This document shows, in pieces, positions 25,391-39,500 of a stretch of 64,000 nucleotides of DNA (its first letter is position 1; every line of letters begins with the position of its first letter). The position numbers and the translations under genes were made by a program. Under the pieces are notes generated by a model, which was not told the DNA's origin, made no database searches, and saw only the letters and a list, made by a program, of their open reading frames with translations. Source of the DNA: Trichinella spiralis (Eukaryota); the NCBI RefSeq assembly GCF_000181795.1, contig NW_003526940.1:2127854-2191853 (forward strand), written 5' to 3'.

Positions 25391-27596
25391 GTAAATGAAC
25401 AAAAGCTCATTAAGGTCATTAGCTATTTATTTTAAAACCAAAAGTATGTTTGGTTAACTTATTTCTTTTTGTGCGGTAAATATCATTTTATTATTTATTA
25501 TATTGTTTGTTAAATTTTCTTCAGCCTTAGCCTGAAATGTTGTTAAGCTTCCTTTTCAATAGCTCGAATGAAGAAAAACTGAACTGAAATGGCAAGCTTT
25601 TGTTTTTTTCATATCGATTTATTTATTTAAATATTTTTTTAATATGAAAAATAGTTTTTTAAAAGTCTTCACTTTGAAAATTTCATCCTTTGCATTTTTC
25701 TTTCCACAAAACAAGGCAACAATAAAATCAATTTTAGGCCAATTTTAGTAAAAGAAAAATATGATTGCACACAAATACTCCACTTACAAAACGGCTTTAT
25801 CAATGTCATTTTCTTTTGAGTAGCTGAATTTCTACTAATTTATTACTATTATTTATTATTATTATTATTCTCATATATTTTAAAATTTATCTTGAAAAAA
25901 TAAATTGATACACTGATTTTTGTATTAAAATAATTTTTTTTATTACTTTATGATAAGTAAGCAACTATTTTGAGAATAATAACAACATCATATACTTCAT
26001 ATCTGACTATGTAAGGAATTTTCAGATTTTTTTATTACTGGAAATTTTGTATGCAGTGTATTATTCTATTTACGTATTTATCTTTATGAATTTTATTTTC
26101 AAGTTTGCATTTGACTAAAGTAGTTAAAGTTTTACTATTGAGTGAGAATTGTAGCAAACTTGAATTAAATTCAAAACAGACAATCAGCATTCAACTGTTT
26201 TTACCTTAGTAATTTACCGTCAAGATCATTGGAATTTATTTAAAATAAAATTTGTTAATTTGTTTTAATATATTTTAAAGTGGTCTTTGAATAAGTTTAA
26301 AACTTCCTTTCTGATGTATTCAATATTTTATAAAAACCATTAAAATTCATTAAATTTTCTGATTAAAAAACGAAAAACAGCTAAATTGTTTACGTAAAAA
26401 GGAGGAAGTTCATGACATTTTATTTTATTCATTCGTTATTATAGTTATTATACTTTCATAATCGTATCAGAACTAATTGAACTAAATGATAATTTTTTCA
26501 AATTATTAAAATTTCAATATCCTTTAATAACATTTTACATTTATTCAGGCAGCAAACTCAAATAGACAATTGTATTTTAATTTGAAGCTAAAATTATTTT
26601 ATGCACATTTATGTAATTAATAATTTTTAATTTCACTGTTTTTGCTAAATTATTTTACAATTATAAACAGATAAAAATTGTCTATAAAAATTTCAGTTTT
26701 TTCCTTAGAATAAACAATGTTTATGATTAGAATTTGCAAATAGTAAGCATTATCATTTCTTTTATTTTGAATGTTTCTGTTTGTTTATTGTATTATGAAA
26801 TTGTTTTCAAACATTTATTTATTGACAAATACAATTCCACTTTGTGAGTATTAAATTTTATAAAGTTATTATGAAAAGGCAATTTATTGGCAAAATCGAT
26901 TAGCTGATGCTTTGAACAATTATTGTTCATACTGTTAAATTTGACGTGCTGATTTCAGAACTTTCAAATTTTAAGAGTACACTTTTCATGAGTTTAAACA
27001 ATGCTAATTTTAATTGAATTTAATATTAACATATTTTGTACTCTAAATAGATTTAAGAAAATGTTGTTTCTTTTTCTATTCTCTCATTGTATATATAGAT
27101 GCCATTCATGCTGTTAATTATTAATCATCGATAAAAATAATCCTACGGTGGTTCACTTATTGGATAAACTGCTTTTACATTTTTTAGCTTTTCGTTTCTT
27201 TCAACTTTTAAACATTTTCAAATAATTTCAATAATTTATTTTCAACATTCAGCATTCTCTTACTAAGTAAGTCTGGAAATTATGCTTATTCACTTTTGAT
27301 TATAAATTAGTAATGGAATCTTTTGAAAACCAACTACCAAAAAGCAATGCTTCACTTGAATTTATAACAACTATTTTCATATTAAACATAATGCATTAAA
27401 ATGTTGATAACGATTTTGCCTGTCCTATTAGTTTTGGAATATAATATTCCACATAATTAATTCATATACAGTATTTAAAACAGTTTCATTGCCAAAAATT
27501 CTTTTCAAAAAAATAATTTTTCTATTGCCCATTTATCAAATGTTTCATCTTAAGAAAAGGAGAGAGGAATATTTTTTTTAAAAACATTTTTTTCAG

Positions 27597-30500
27597 AAAA
27601 CTGTAAATAAGGATTGTTTGAATGCAACTGCGGTAGTGCGGCAACGTATAGGCCAAATCGAAGAAGAGCTGCTGTCATTGAAGCAGACACTTGAAATGCT
27701 CAATTGGGTTAGCTGATTTAATTATATTTTGCTTGCAATAATTCTTTTTTTTGTCAATGTTATCACACTATGAATATGGACATAATGTGATAACAATGAA
27801 AAATATGGAAATTCATCGCTGAAACATTATTTTTCAGAGATCCGGTCCAGAATCGTCGAACAAATTGGATCGTCAAGTTCAATTTGATGTTTCCAAATCG
27901 TCGGCCAATTCTGGATATCAGTGGTCAGGTGATGGTGGTGATGGTGCGCCGAACAGGCGATGTCGAATGTTCAATTCTGAAGCACAAGAAAAAAAGATGA
28001 ATCCGTTGAGTCGGCTAACTTTAAGTAAGCTTAATCTTGTTGTTCAATTTGGAAAAAATTCGGTCAATCCGTTTGCGTGTTTGGTTAATTGCATGCAAAG
28101 ACAGTGACTAAATGCAACGCGTTAACGATCATCATTATCAGAATGTCATAGATCAATATAAGCAATTTTACATGTATTTTTTTTTGTTCTTTTTTGTTTT
28201 CAGTTCTTATTTTATTTTAATGATTTTTCAAATGAAATGAAAAGTATGCTTGGCTGTGCTGATAATTTCAAACTCTGATTTCAAGCCCTTGCCGCCTTTC
28301 AATTTTTTTTTCTACAGCTTAACATTTCTGCTTTGCCCACGTTGTTCAACTGCACCGCTATTAGTAGTGATGATTGTCGTTCGATTTGTTCGGATAGGAA
28401 AATTTGTGAAACGCCAAGCTGGCATGGTTGGTTCCGATGGGAAAATTTTCCTCTGCTCCTTTCATCTTTCTATTTGCCTCAGGATCGTTCATGCGCGGCA
28501 AACCTCCTCTGTTATTGCCAATAAATGGACAGCCGCTCGCCTTTAAGACCACTATATTTAGAGCTGTTTGTAGCGTAGATTTTTATTTATACGGCTTTGC
28601 AAAAGCGATTTCATTTTGTTCAAAAATTTTTATCGACATTTATCACGCATCATCTCAAGCAGTTTTGTCCATTCTGCCGAACGGGCAACTCTCTAATCGA
28701 CCGGATATTTCAGTATAACATCAAAAACTGACATTATGCTTCAATGATAACGATAATTTATTTCATTGCATAAATTTAAAAAATAACAAACAATATTTTT
28801 TCAAAAAGAAAAAAGAAAATCACAAAAAACAAAGTGAGAGCAGTTTGTACATGTAATGATGTAGTACGTGCATGTGCAAATAAATAATGCACATGACCAT
28901 CGTCATGTTTTGCTTCATTTTCTTTACTTAATGTTATTATTAATTAATTTTTTTTATAGAATCAATTTTGTGATGTTGTTTTCTTGAAGAAACTATAAAT
29001 TTATAATGAATAACTTTAGTTTATAGTGATAATTCTTCATTTACTTCGCTCTGTGTGCTTTTCAAGTTTAAGTGCATATTACAGAATGCAAATTTGATTA
29101 GAAAATGTTCTCTCAAACAAGTAAATTTGATTTGTCAGCTGTCAAAAAGAACAGTTTATTTCAATTGAAATTCTCATTTGATTTCATTAATATCTAGCAG
29201 AAAGTGCTAAATTATTCTTAATCAAATGAATAACAATACATTTTACATTTGATTAGTTTTTTTCTCCATTTTGCTTTCTTTGATCAAAGAAATTTCAAAA
29301 ATTGATGACATTGACAAAGTTCACATTTGATTATTTTGTTGCGCAAAATGATAAATCACTTTTACATGGATTTTGATTTGCATGTTTCACATTATTTAAT
29401 TTTTTAACTTATCTAATCGACACTAGTGTTTGCTAGATTCAATATTTTCAGATCTTTCTTGATATTTTAATTCAAATTAGCATGAATTTTTCAATTCGAA
29501 CACTTTTCATTTTGTAAAGAATAAGAATAATTTATTTTTCTGAGATCAAAGTAGAAGATTTAGATTTAGACAAAAAAGGAATGTGCTCACAGGTTGAAAT
29601 TAAAAAATGAAGCTTAAAAAAGAAAAAGAAAAACAAGTGAAGTAAATAATTCGAAGGAAGTAATAAATTGAACAAGGGCAAGCATCTCTGCCCCCGGTAC
29701 TTGTATTCAATTACTCTGTTCAGCTGACGTCGAGCATTGATGATTATTGACTGCAAGTGTCAAAGCAAATTTTACTTGTAGATAGACAGAGGTGCGAACC
29801 GCGCATTTGCATTTCGTCATTAGCAATGTTTAAAGTGATTATTGAATATTAACATCCATTGTTATTTACGTTCTTGTGCATGGATCACGTTGATGGATTT
29901 TCAAGATAAATGACAATCCTGAGCTGCCAAAAATCATCTGTGAGCACATAAAGACAGGCAGAAATTATCAATTGTTCTACTTTCACCGTATTGCACTATT
30001 GTTTACTTTTAATTTATCAATATACAATTAATTTTTTGACAAAAACAAATGCTATAAATTGTGTTTTGGAGTAATTTTTAAATTTAAGAAATCCTTGAAA
30101 CTTCAAATGAGAAGTAATTCCTTTTTTATCAGCTGAATTGTGACATGCAGGAGTAATTTTTAGATACACTTGATAGTCTTCACGGATAAGATTACTCTAA
30201 ATAAATACTACTCTAAAGAATATTTCAGATTGTGTTACCGTTTGTTGTTGTTGTTGTTTAATTTAAAAGATTTGAAAGGCGACTGGGATGTGCACTAAAT
30301 ATTACATGTGAAGAAATGGAAATCAAATCTGCGCCTAATTAGAGCCTAATTATAACAATAATGCTTTCTTTGCAATGTGCAAATTATGAAAATTTTTACT
30401 ATTTACTACACTTATCCTCTATTGTTGTTTTGAAAGAGTTTTTCTTTTTTAAAAGGTTCATATACTTTGAAATTGTCCCATTGTTGACCACAGTTCTTTT

Positions 30501-33500
30501 TGCCAAGCTGCTGACACGTTTTATTCCATTTTTAAAGTTCAATAAAGTTTCCATAATAGTTAAACTCTTTTCTTTTCGCTTTTCAAAGAGGTTGCTTATT
30601 TGTCTTTTAATCGATGCATTTTTCTTGTAGCTGGCAAATTGATTCACGACATTCAAAAACAGCTTGAAGAAAGCTATGAAACTTGTAAAAAAATAACTGT
30701 ATCTAATTTTTTTACTTGTTTTTTCTGAGGTTCACTTTTTAAGAAATGATGACAATTGTCAGATTGTATTCTTTGAATGTTTATGGACGTTGATGTTCAA
30801 ATAAGCCATGCATTTTACGCGAGCAATGTTGCTTTGTATTGGATAAATATTTCCTCTGATGAAATTAATTCAATGAAAACAATTTTTACCATTTTGTACA
30901 AGAAAAGAACATTTTCAAAAATTATAAATTAATAATATTAAATTTGAAATAAACATATAATTTAAAAGTATATTTTAAAAAATACTGCAAAATATTTTTT
31001 TGTTCTATTGTTTTCTGATTTGAATAAAAAAATGTTGATTTAACTCAACTCTAATGGACAATTGGTATGGAATATGAAGCGGGAAAATTGGCACATTTGA
31101 AAAAGGCAAAACCATTCGATTGCAAAGCATTGTTCAACATTTTAAGCATGGCGTTGCTTCTTAACGAGCTGCCAATTGGCGGCCTTTGGCCATTGGGCTG
31201 TTGAATGCATGTTTACATAAAATGGTTTACAAATCATATCATAACGACAGTGCTTTTCAGGATAAATTAATTATCATGAACCGTGTTTCAGGCGAGCAAC
31301 TGACTTCTTGTTAACCGTTGCCTGAACTGTCCTGTTCAATCTGTCTCTGCTATTTATTCCTTCCTTCTCATGCAACTAATCAATCTTGACGTGTTCCATT
31401 ACGCGTGACTGTTCCTTTAAATTTAAAGCTGCTAAGTTCGCAAACGCTTACTGCGGCAGCAGCAGAAGAGTTCATTAAACCTCCAGACAGCATCCGCCGA
31501 GGTTCGGCTTGTTATTGGCGTATAGCTTTCGCTTTTGAAACTTTCCTATTTACCTCCTCGTTCTCTCTCTCTCCCTCCCTCTCTCTCTCTCTTTTTCTCT
31601 CTTTCTGTCTATCTCTATCCATCCGTATATCTTTATCTTTATCTTTTTTTTAAATAGTGCGCGCTATTTTCATGGAAAGATTTCCAAAACGTAAGTTATC
31701 ACTATTTCACTTGTTTATTCTTTCACACCTTGTTTGCTTGTTTGTTGAATTCAAAAATGACCAAACATCATTATGAATTTTGCCATTGTTATTACCGTAT
31801 ATCAATCCTTCTCAAATAATAATAATAATACATTTTGCATTGCTTTGTAAAAAACAAATGCTAATTGAAACGTTGCAGTTTTAATTTTTTGAAATTAATT
31901 GAACTTGCACACCTCAAAAGACTTATTGTTCCAATTGTAAAGACCCCCTCGGATGATATTTAATTATTTTTTCACGTTGCAAATGATGAAATCAATGACT
32001 AATTTGACTCTGTGTGCATGATTTCAGCATAGATTATAAGTGAAATTTAAACTCGAGGTCATTAGATGCTAGCTTGATTTTCTGAACTTTTCTATAAAGA
32101 AGATCCGCATGTATTTTCAGTGCAATGTGAATTTGAAATTGTTGAAATGTGCCTCCGAATCAGAGTCATGGATGAGTCTATGCGTGCATATTGATTTAAA
32201 TTTCTTCCACAACAATGACAACATTTCAATAATATCCATCGCTTTGTCGTAATTTTTGACAGTTCCTACTGGTGCAATTAGCACATCACATGTTTCTTAG
32301 TTTTTTAATATGGTATTATTAGTTGCAAATTTTTAAACAAGCGTCTATCAATGCTACAATATGCAAAACTAGAACTAGTAATTTTATATGCTTGATTTCA
32401 CTTTTTTTCAATTTATATGGACAAAAGTTTTCTGCATTTCATGTTTATCTGAGTGAATGCAAAATTGTAATATCGAATCATTGTAAAAGTGCTGTTTTTG
32501 CATAAGATTGATATTGTTTGTTAAATCTCAAGTTGTATTTCAATATTAAGAAGAATATGTTATCTTGAGTTGTAATTCTTATCCTGCATTTGCATTATTT
32601 AAATATATAACTATTTCTCTTTACCACTTAGCTCGTCTAAATACACATGAAGAAATTGTGTATTGAATTTCATCATAACAACTATTCACAGCAAAAAAAA
32701 GTACATAAGCGTTTGCAATGTGGAGCCAATTTTGGAAAGCATAGTTCCAAATGTTAAGATTCCAAGAAAATTATTTCCAGTTATCTGTTAAAACAGAATT
32801 CATTTTAGGTAAATTTTATCGAACAATTTCAAAATAGATTTTACATTACTGTTTTTTAAGTTTGTCTAAAAAACTGAAATTTGCTGTTAAATTTAATTAA
32901 ATGACACTTTTGATTGAAGAATTGACGTCAAAAAATAACGGATGCAAAATTTAATTATTCCATTGGTGCTTGTCAAATTATGTAACAGGTAAAAATAATT
33001 TTTGCTGAATAAAAACTGAAATGAATTTATATGTTCTGCATATTGTGTGGTTTGAATAGTGGGCATTTTCAGAGTTATGTGATTATGTGCGAAAATCTGT
33101 AGCGGTGATTGATATTTTACGAAAAGTGATTTTAGCTGATCCAAACAAAAAACAAAACAAAAACGTGGCCAATTTAATTTTCAAGTATACTTAAATTTTA
33201 TAAACTCACTGTAGTAGTGCTTCATTCAGTTCAGCATAATTTGCATTGATCTGTTTTGGCATCGTTGAGCATCATCTTGAGAAAAAGCAACGTGGAGCCA
33301 TTAATTTTTCCACTTTTGTCCACTGCTCACTTGAAATTCGCTTCAATAAGGTGAACTTGAAGTGTAATATATGTTCGACGAGCTGTTTTGACATTTCGCT
33401 TCTTTTCAAAGCAGCTCATCGCGTTTTTTCAACGGTTCATCAATGGTGCACTTGAAAAAGCATGGTGAATAAATTTTCAAACAAATCATTGCTCATAAGC

Positions 33501-36500
33501 GGCGTGTTGACCGTCCACTTTACAGCTGAAAGTATTCCACTCAGTGGCGGATTTTATCAGGGGCCAAAATCGATTTTACAATTACAATTCTCTTTTATTT
33601 TCCCAATTGAAGTGAAAATGATGATCTTGGAATTTAGTTGAGGTGAAGTTATTTTTTGAAGAATGAATGGAAATAGCTTGTTTTGAAGCTCAGCAGTAGC
33701 GCAACTGTACATTCATTTCTTTCATATCAATCCATCTCACCAGAGATTTTCATCAAGGAGCATAAAATAAATACGCTCACTGTGTAAAGCTGAATTTTAA
33801 AAGATGCTTTCTACAATTATTTCTCCAATATAAATGTCGTATAACTTTGAAACTGGCATAAAAGAGAAAAGTCAAAATTGAATTTTATTTCTATTTTGAA
33901 CGTAATTTCAAATCCTTGGTGAAATTCATTTCACAATTCTCAACTGAATTTTTATTTTTGTCTTTATTCTGCTTGCGTGTTCAAACGGATATTGTATTCT
34001 GTAGCTGTTTCAATCTGTGAAGTCTAAATTTAACCGCACCGATTAGGCATATTTAAAATATATTGGACTGTAATATTGGTAACTTTTATGAAAAAAATTT
34101 CCTTTGAAGTTTATGGAAATTTGCTTCATAGTTGTAAGTAATTCAAGTTGAAGATGTTTATTGTTTCAACATTTTTATTTTACGTTTACAATAACAAGTA
34201 GTCATAATAAGCAATGCATTAATCAAGCAGTTTGTAAGCAATAGCGTGCTATTTTTTGCATATTAATTTATTTTTAAATAATAACTTGTGCAATTTTGTA
34301 TTTTATAACATTAATCATATGTCCTTTTTAGTTTTTAATCAATAACAAAAAAATATCAAGTAATTTTTAACAATAAAAATTTAATTATATTAAATTAAAA
34401 ATGTACTTTAATATTCATCAATTATTTTTTCTAATTTCATTGCATTTTTGTAGTTTGCAAAGCAGTAATTAGTAGCAGAAGTTTATTTATTTGTTCAATC
34501 TACATTTTATTCTGTTTACTTTTAAATAATCATTCAGTTGCTGATTTTTAATAAATTTAGATTTTTTTTTGTTGAAAAACAATTTTACTCACGAATAATT
34601 ATTGTTATAATGATCATCATCCATTGCTAAACTTTTCCAAATGCAAGGATATAATCTGGTATATAATGTAATGGCAGTTCCAGCATGCACCGCAATGTAA
34701 TAAGAATTCCACGAGCCCCAAATTGACATAAATACTTTCAGTTGCATTGAATTTTCAATATATTGTTGTGTGAAGAGGCAAGAAGTTTTTTCAGTTACCT
34801 TATTACTGCAGTGCATTTGAATTTTCTTTATAATATCCAAAATTTCAAAATATCTAACAGAATTGATTAAAATAAAGTTTCATCAGTGTTGTTAAGGCTG
34901 AAAGTTTTTGAAAATTAATTAAATTTCTATGGAATAAAGCTCATCGGGCTTGTCACAATTCGATTATGTTTCTGGTGTTTACTTTTTATTGCAATCTACA
35001 CGCATAATGTAAATAATTGTCATTGCTGTATGTTGAATGTTCTATTGATTTTTTAAAAGCGCTTTTTAATAGAGTTAAAGTACATGCATGAAAGAAAAAT
35101 TTTACAAGAATAAGTGGAAATAAAGCTCAATTAATTGAGCATTTTAATAGTTTGCAGTAATTTTGTTATACTCTCTTTTTTACAGCGCTCAGATTTTTGT
35201 ATGAAAATACTATGCATAGAACATCTATGTTTGTATATCTGATCTGTCGTGTTAGCAGCTATAAAACAGCAAAGAATAATTGACATTGATTTATTGGATA
35301 AATATTCATTATTGTTTATTATTAGTCTCTACTGAATAAGTAACTTCTTCATTTTAGATGATGATGAGGTTGATTTGAAATTTGTAAAAGAATGGATGTC
35401 ATCGAAACCAAGTTGTAGATTATTTCAAGCCAAATACAAATACCGACCACTGAAAGACTCTCCTAATGATAATCCAGAACTGGAGCTGCCATTGAATGAA
35501 GGTGACTTGGTGTTGGTTTGTGGAAAAATGGATGAAGATAGCTTTTACATGGGAGAACTTGCAAATGGCAGACGGGGTTTAGTTCCATCGAACTATGTAG
35601 AACCGATTAGACTGGATTCTTTGAACAAAATGTCAGACAATGCGTCCTCACTGAAAAGCTTAAACTCCGCTTCTGCGTTAACGGTCGATTATGCTCACGA
35701 TGCTAACAGAGAAAATAACTTGTCTTTTATTCTTCAAAACAACTCTTCACACAGTACCACTGTTCAAAGAGGTAACAATGATTATTCTGGTCATTTCTAA
35801 AATTATAACTAATTTAAAATGACAGTCTATGATAGGAATGTATAAGAAAAATGTCTATAATTTTAAACATTGATAACATTTTATTTTAAACAAAATATTG
35901 CTTATCATTTCATATAAAATGAATAATCATAGCATATAATAATTCCAGTTTTAGTATTTGCTTTAATAAAAATAAGAATACTGATATTCAGTTGAATTTA
36001 TTTGAATTCTTTTCAACTTAGGCCACAACGATTATATGAGTTCACTGCCAGAACATATGTGCCCTTATCCTTGTGTTGATGTAACAAACGTGACAGTGCA
36101 TGAACTTCGTCAAAATGATGGAATTCGAGGTAAGTGCATTTTGCATACGTGTCCGTGAATAGGGCCAATTTTTTGGAACTTTGCATATCAAATTTGCTAT
36201 ACAAGTGTAAAATTATTTGTGAATAATATGAAAATATTTTTCTTTAATTTTAATCATAAATTTTGTATTATTAAAAATAACATTTCAACTTACTAGTACC
36301 CTCTCCAAACAGCCTTACGGTTGAGAAACAGTTACGGAAAAGCGTTTTGATCTCGTGGACTCCACCGACAACGAACCTGGTGCCAGTTTTGCAGTATCAT
36401 GTTTGCATAGATGGCGTTGTTCGGACTGTAGTCCCAGCTGGCTATAATACTAAAGCACTTGTAGAAGACATTGATAATGATAAAGTAATTTTACTTAAAG

Positions 36501-39500
36501 AATTTTTAATATCTGCTTATGATCTGAATTTAATCTACTTTTTCTACACGAAATAATCACTGTCACTTGTTCAACATTAAAGAAGAATTTTAAAGTTTTA
36601 AAATATTTGATTAAAATATAAATTATTTCTGCTTCTAGGAATAAAACAAATTGCATTTAGCTTTAATTAAATTGAAACGTTTTGAATTTTTCAAACTTAT
36701 TTTCATGCAATATTTTTTTGTACGGTAAATTGATGAATTATAATTTTTTACACGAATGATAGATACAACTGAAATATTTGAAGCACTTCAGTTTTGTCAC
36801 TTGATGATAATTATAAATTAAAAGTGGAATACGATTTTTTAAGATTTCCAGGCTATCAGTGCGATCAGTAGCTGAATCCGGCTATTCACCAGATGCTGCA
36901 TGTACGGTTACAATTGGGAAAGGTAAATCGAGATCAAAATTGTCTTCTTGCGTTTCGAAAATTATGGGCTTAATCTTAGACAGCAACGTTGCACCTCAAG
37001 ATGTTCGAGTGTCTTCCATAACACCAGTGAGCGCTCAAGTTGCTTGGTATCCTGGTAATTCGAATTGCGAGCACGTAATCTTGTTGAATGGACTAAAGGT
37101 GGGCACATGCCCGCCAGGAATTTATCAAATACTGCTCAAAGGACTCATTCCATCTACTCTTTACCGGTGCTCTGTCCGAGTGAAAGATCCAAAAGCTGTT
37201 CTTGAAGAACAACCTGTGGAAGGCCATGTCGACTTCAAAACTCTATCGAAAAGTATGTAAGAAATTTTTTGTTCATATATTTCGAAATAAATTAATTTTA
37301 CATATGCTTTATTTATTTTATTTTATTTTATTTTATTTTATTGTTGTTGACGTTTTACACTTGAAACTGCCTTTATAAAACTACAGTGGCAATCTAATTT
37401 TTGTACTCCGTTTTTTTGAAGTCTAATGTTGACTGTTTATGACAGATATCTTAGACTGATTTGACAAATATGCATATAATATCGGAAACAATTCCTTCAT
37501 AACATTTTATTCTAATTTTTGCATTACTATACTGTAATATTCCTTTTTATAAAAATTCCTTTATATAAATTTTTACAAAAAATTTTTTAAAAAATTACGT
37601 AATGCTCATTTCCTTACTCATTTTTTTCTAAATTGTGAAAGAGCTTCAAGTATTGGGTCCTTTATTTTTAGTTTATACATTAAATTGTTCGAAATTAAAA
37701 ATTGTAGAATCTTAACAAACATGAACTTAATTAACATAAGTAACGTTGCAAAAATCTCATTTGCATATTTAAATAATTATATTTTTATGTAATGCTTATT
37801 AATTGTTGAATTGAAAGGTTTTTCATTCTCAAAGTAAATGCAAATTAAATTATTTTTATAAAATTATGTTTCAAAGATTTGATGATTTTTCATTTTTCCC
37901 AATTTTTCCAATCAAAGTAATAAGTGTAAAAAATAAAAATATATAATGAAATATGTATGAATCATAAAGTAGAGATAATTTAAATATTTCATTCATCTTA
38001 TTTATTAAAATGTTACAAAAATAATTAGCTAATAAAAAATTTCAGTACTATTTGCTAAATATTAATATTAATTGAAAAGCAGAGTGAACATAGATGTATA
38101 CATTATTTAACATAACTGTGCAGTTGTTGCAAATAATTTACATATGAATTCATTATTCCATATTTTTTTATTACATTATTTTAAACTCATATGCTTACAA
38201 TGATAAAATCTGAAATATGAGCGAATAAAAATAAATTTTAATTTTTCCCAAATAAAAAAGTTAAAAGATAATGATAAATTGATTTTCAGCACAGTAACTG
38301 ATTATTTTTGATGAATAATATGTTGCTTTTGAAATCGAAATGTTTGTTTATTTGAATAATATATTTCATTTGCATTATATGTATCGGACAGTAATTTTTT
38401 GTATTTAGTGATGCTGATATGTAAGAATCATTTTATTTATCTAGTAATCAGATTCATATCAAAATGTTCAGTTATTTATTTGAATTAAATGAATTTGAAA
38501 AATAATTCAGTTGGACTTCCCGATGCTCCTACGAATGTCCAATGTGAATTTGGTCCTCAAGATGGTACTCTTTTGGTTACCTGGCAGCCGGTGACTACTC
38601 AGCCAAAGCCGCCTTCTAGAGCAGCCATTGCCGGTTATCTCGTCTATGCTGATGGTAAAAAAATTAGCGAAGTGGACACACCTACAGGAGATCATGTTTT
38701 GCTCAAATGGGCTGATCTGTCTGACGATCCGCCTCTTTTCATCACTGTGAAAGCAAAGACCAGGGAAGGATCAATCAGTGCAGATTCAAATGCTGTTCGA
38801 CTACCTAAGCCAGAACACAAATCACCTCAAACTGCAAAGCTGATTGCAGTTACGGTATTTCAAAATTTTATTATTATTAACTTCCAGTTTTACTTATTTG
38901 CTTAAAACAAAAAACAAAGTGTTGTTATAAGGCAAGAAAGCGTTAAAAAATGAAAATGCAATTTTTAACTTTTAATATTTTTATGAATTGCAAGCTGTTA
39001 CTGTGATATAATAAAAATTGATTTTGTTAATGCCATATGCATTGTTTCCTGCCTTTCAAGTACTTTCCTGAATTCATAAATATCAAAGTTACAAATTATG
39101 GACATTGTTAACATGCAGTCCAGTGATAAATTTTTAATGCTTGTTATCTGTTTGTTGTTCTTGTAAAATGATGTCACTTTTTACTTTTTAGTCTGCGAAT
39201 GAAAAGACATCACTAATACCACCAGCTATGAATTCATATGCAGAAATTAATTCTTACAATTACCATACAGCTTCACCGAACACACAAAATATACGTTTGT
39301 CTCAAACACTGCCTACACGATCGCTCTGTCAGTCAGCTAACCTCTCCTCTTGCCAATTGCCGATGGTGAACTCTTCTAACCTTGTGAGTTTCAATTGTTT
39401 TTTGTTTTCTGTATTTTTTGTTATTATTTAAGTTTAATTTACAAGAATTATTGATTGTAAAAATTTTTTTCTACTTTTTTGTACAGATTGTATATTGTGT

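Noticed and set aside
31127..31208. Possible multi-hairpin RNA (TTCAACA...TGTTGAA enclosing AAGCA/TGCTT and GCTGCC/GGCGGC stems)
   Set aside because: Stems are short and partly mutually exclusive, with no tRNA boxes or known-RNA motif. Insufficient without folding or covariation analysis.
18000..35300. Numerous 60-100 aa F/L/I/K/N-rich ORFs in intergenic and intronic DNA
   Set aside because: Composition reflects AT-rich non-coding sequence. Recurrence at +19.85 kb is only due to the duplication.
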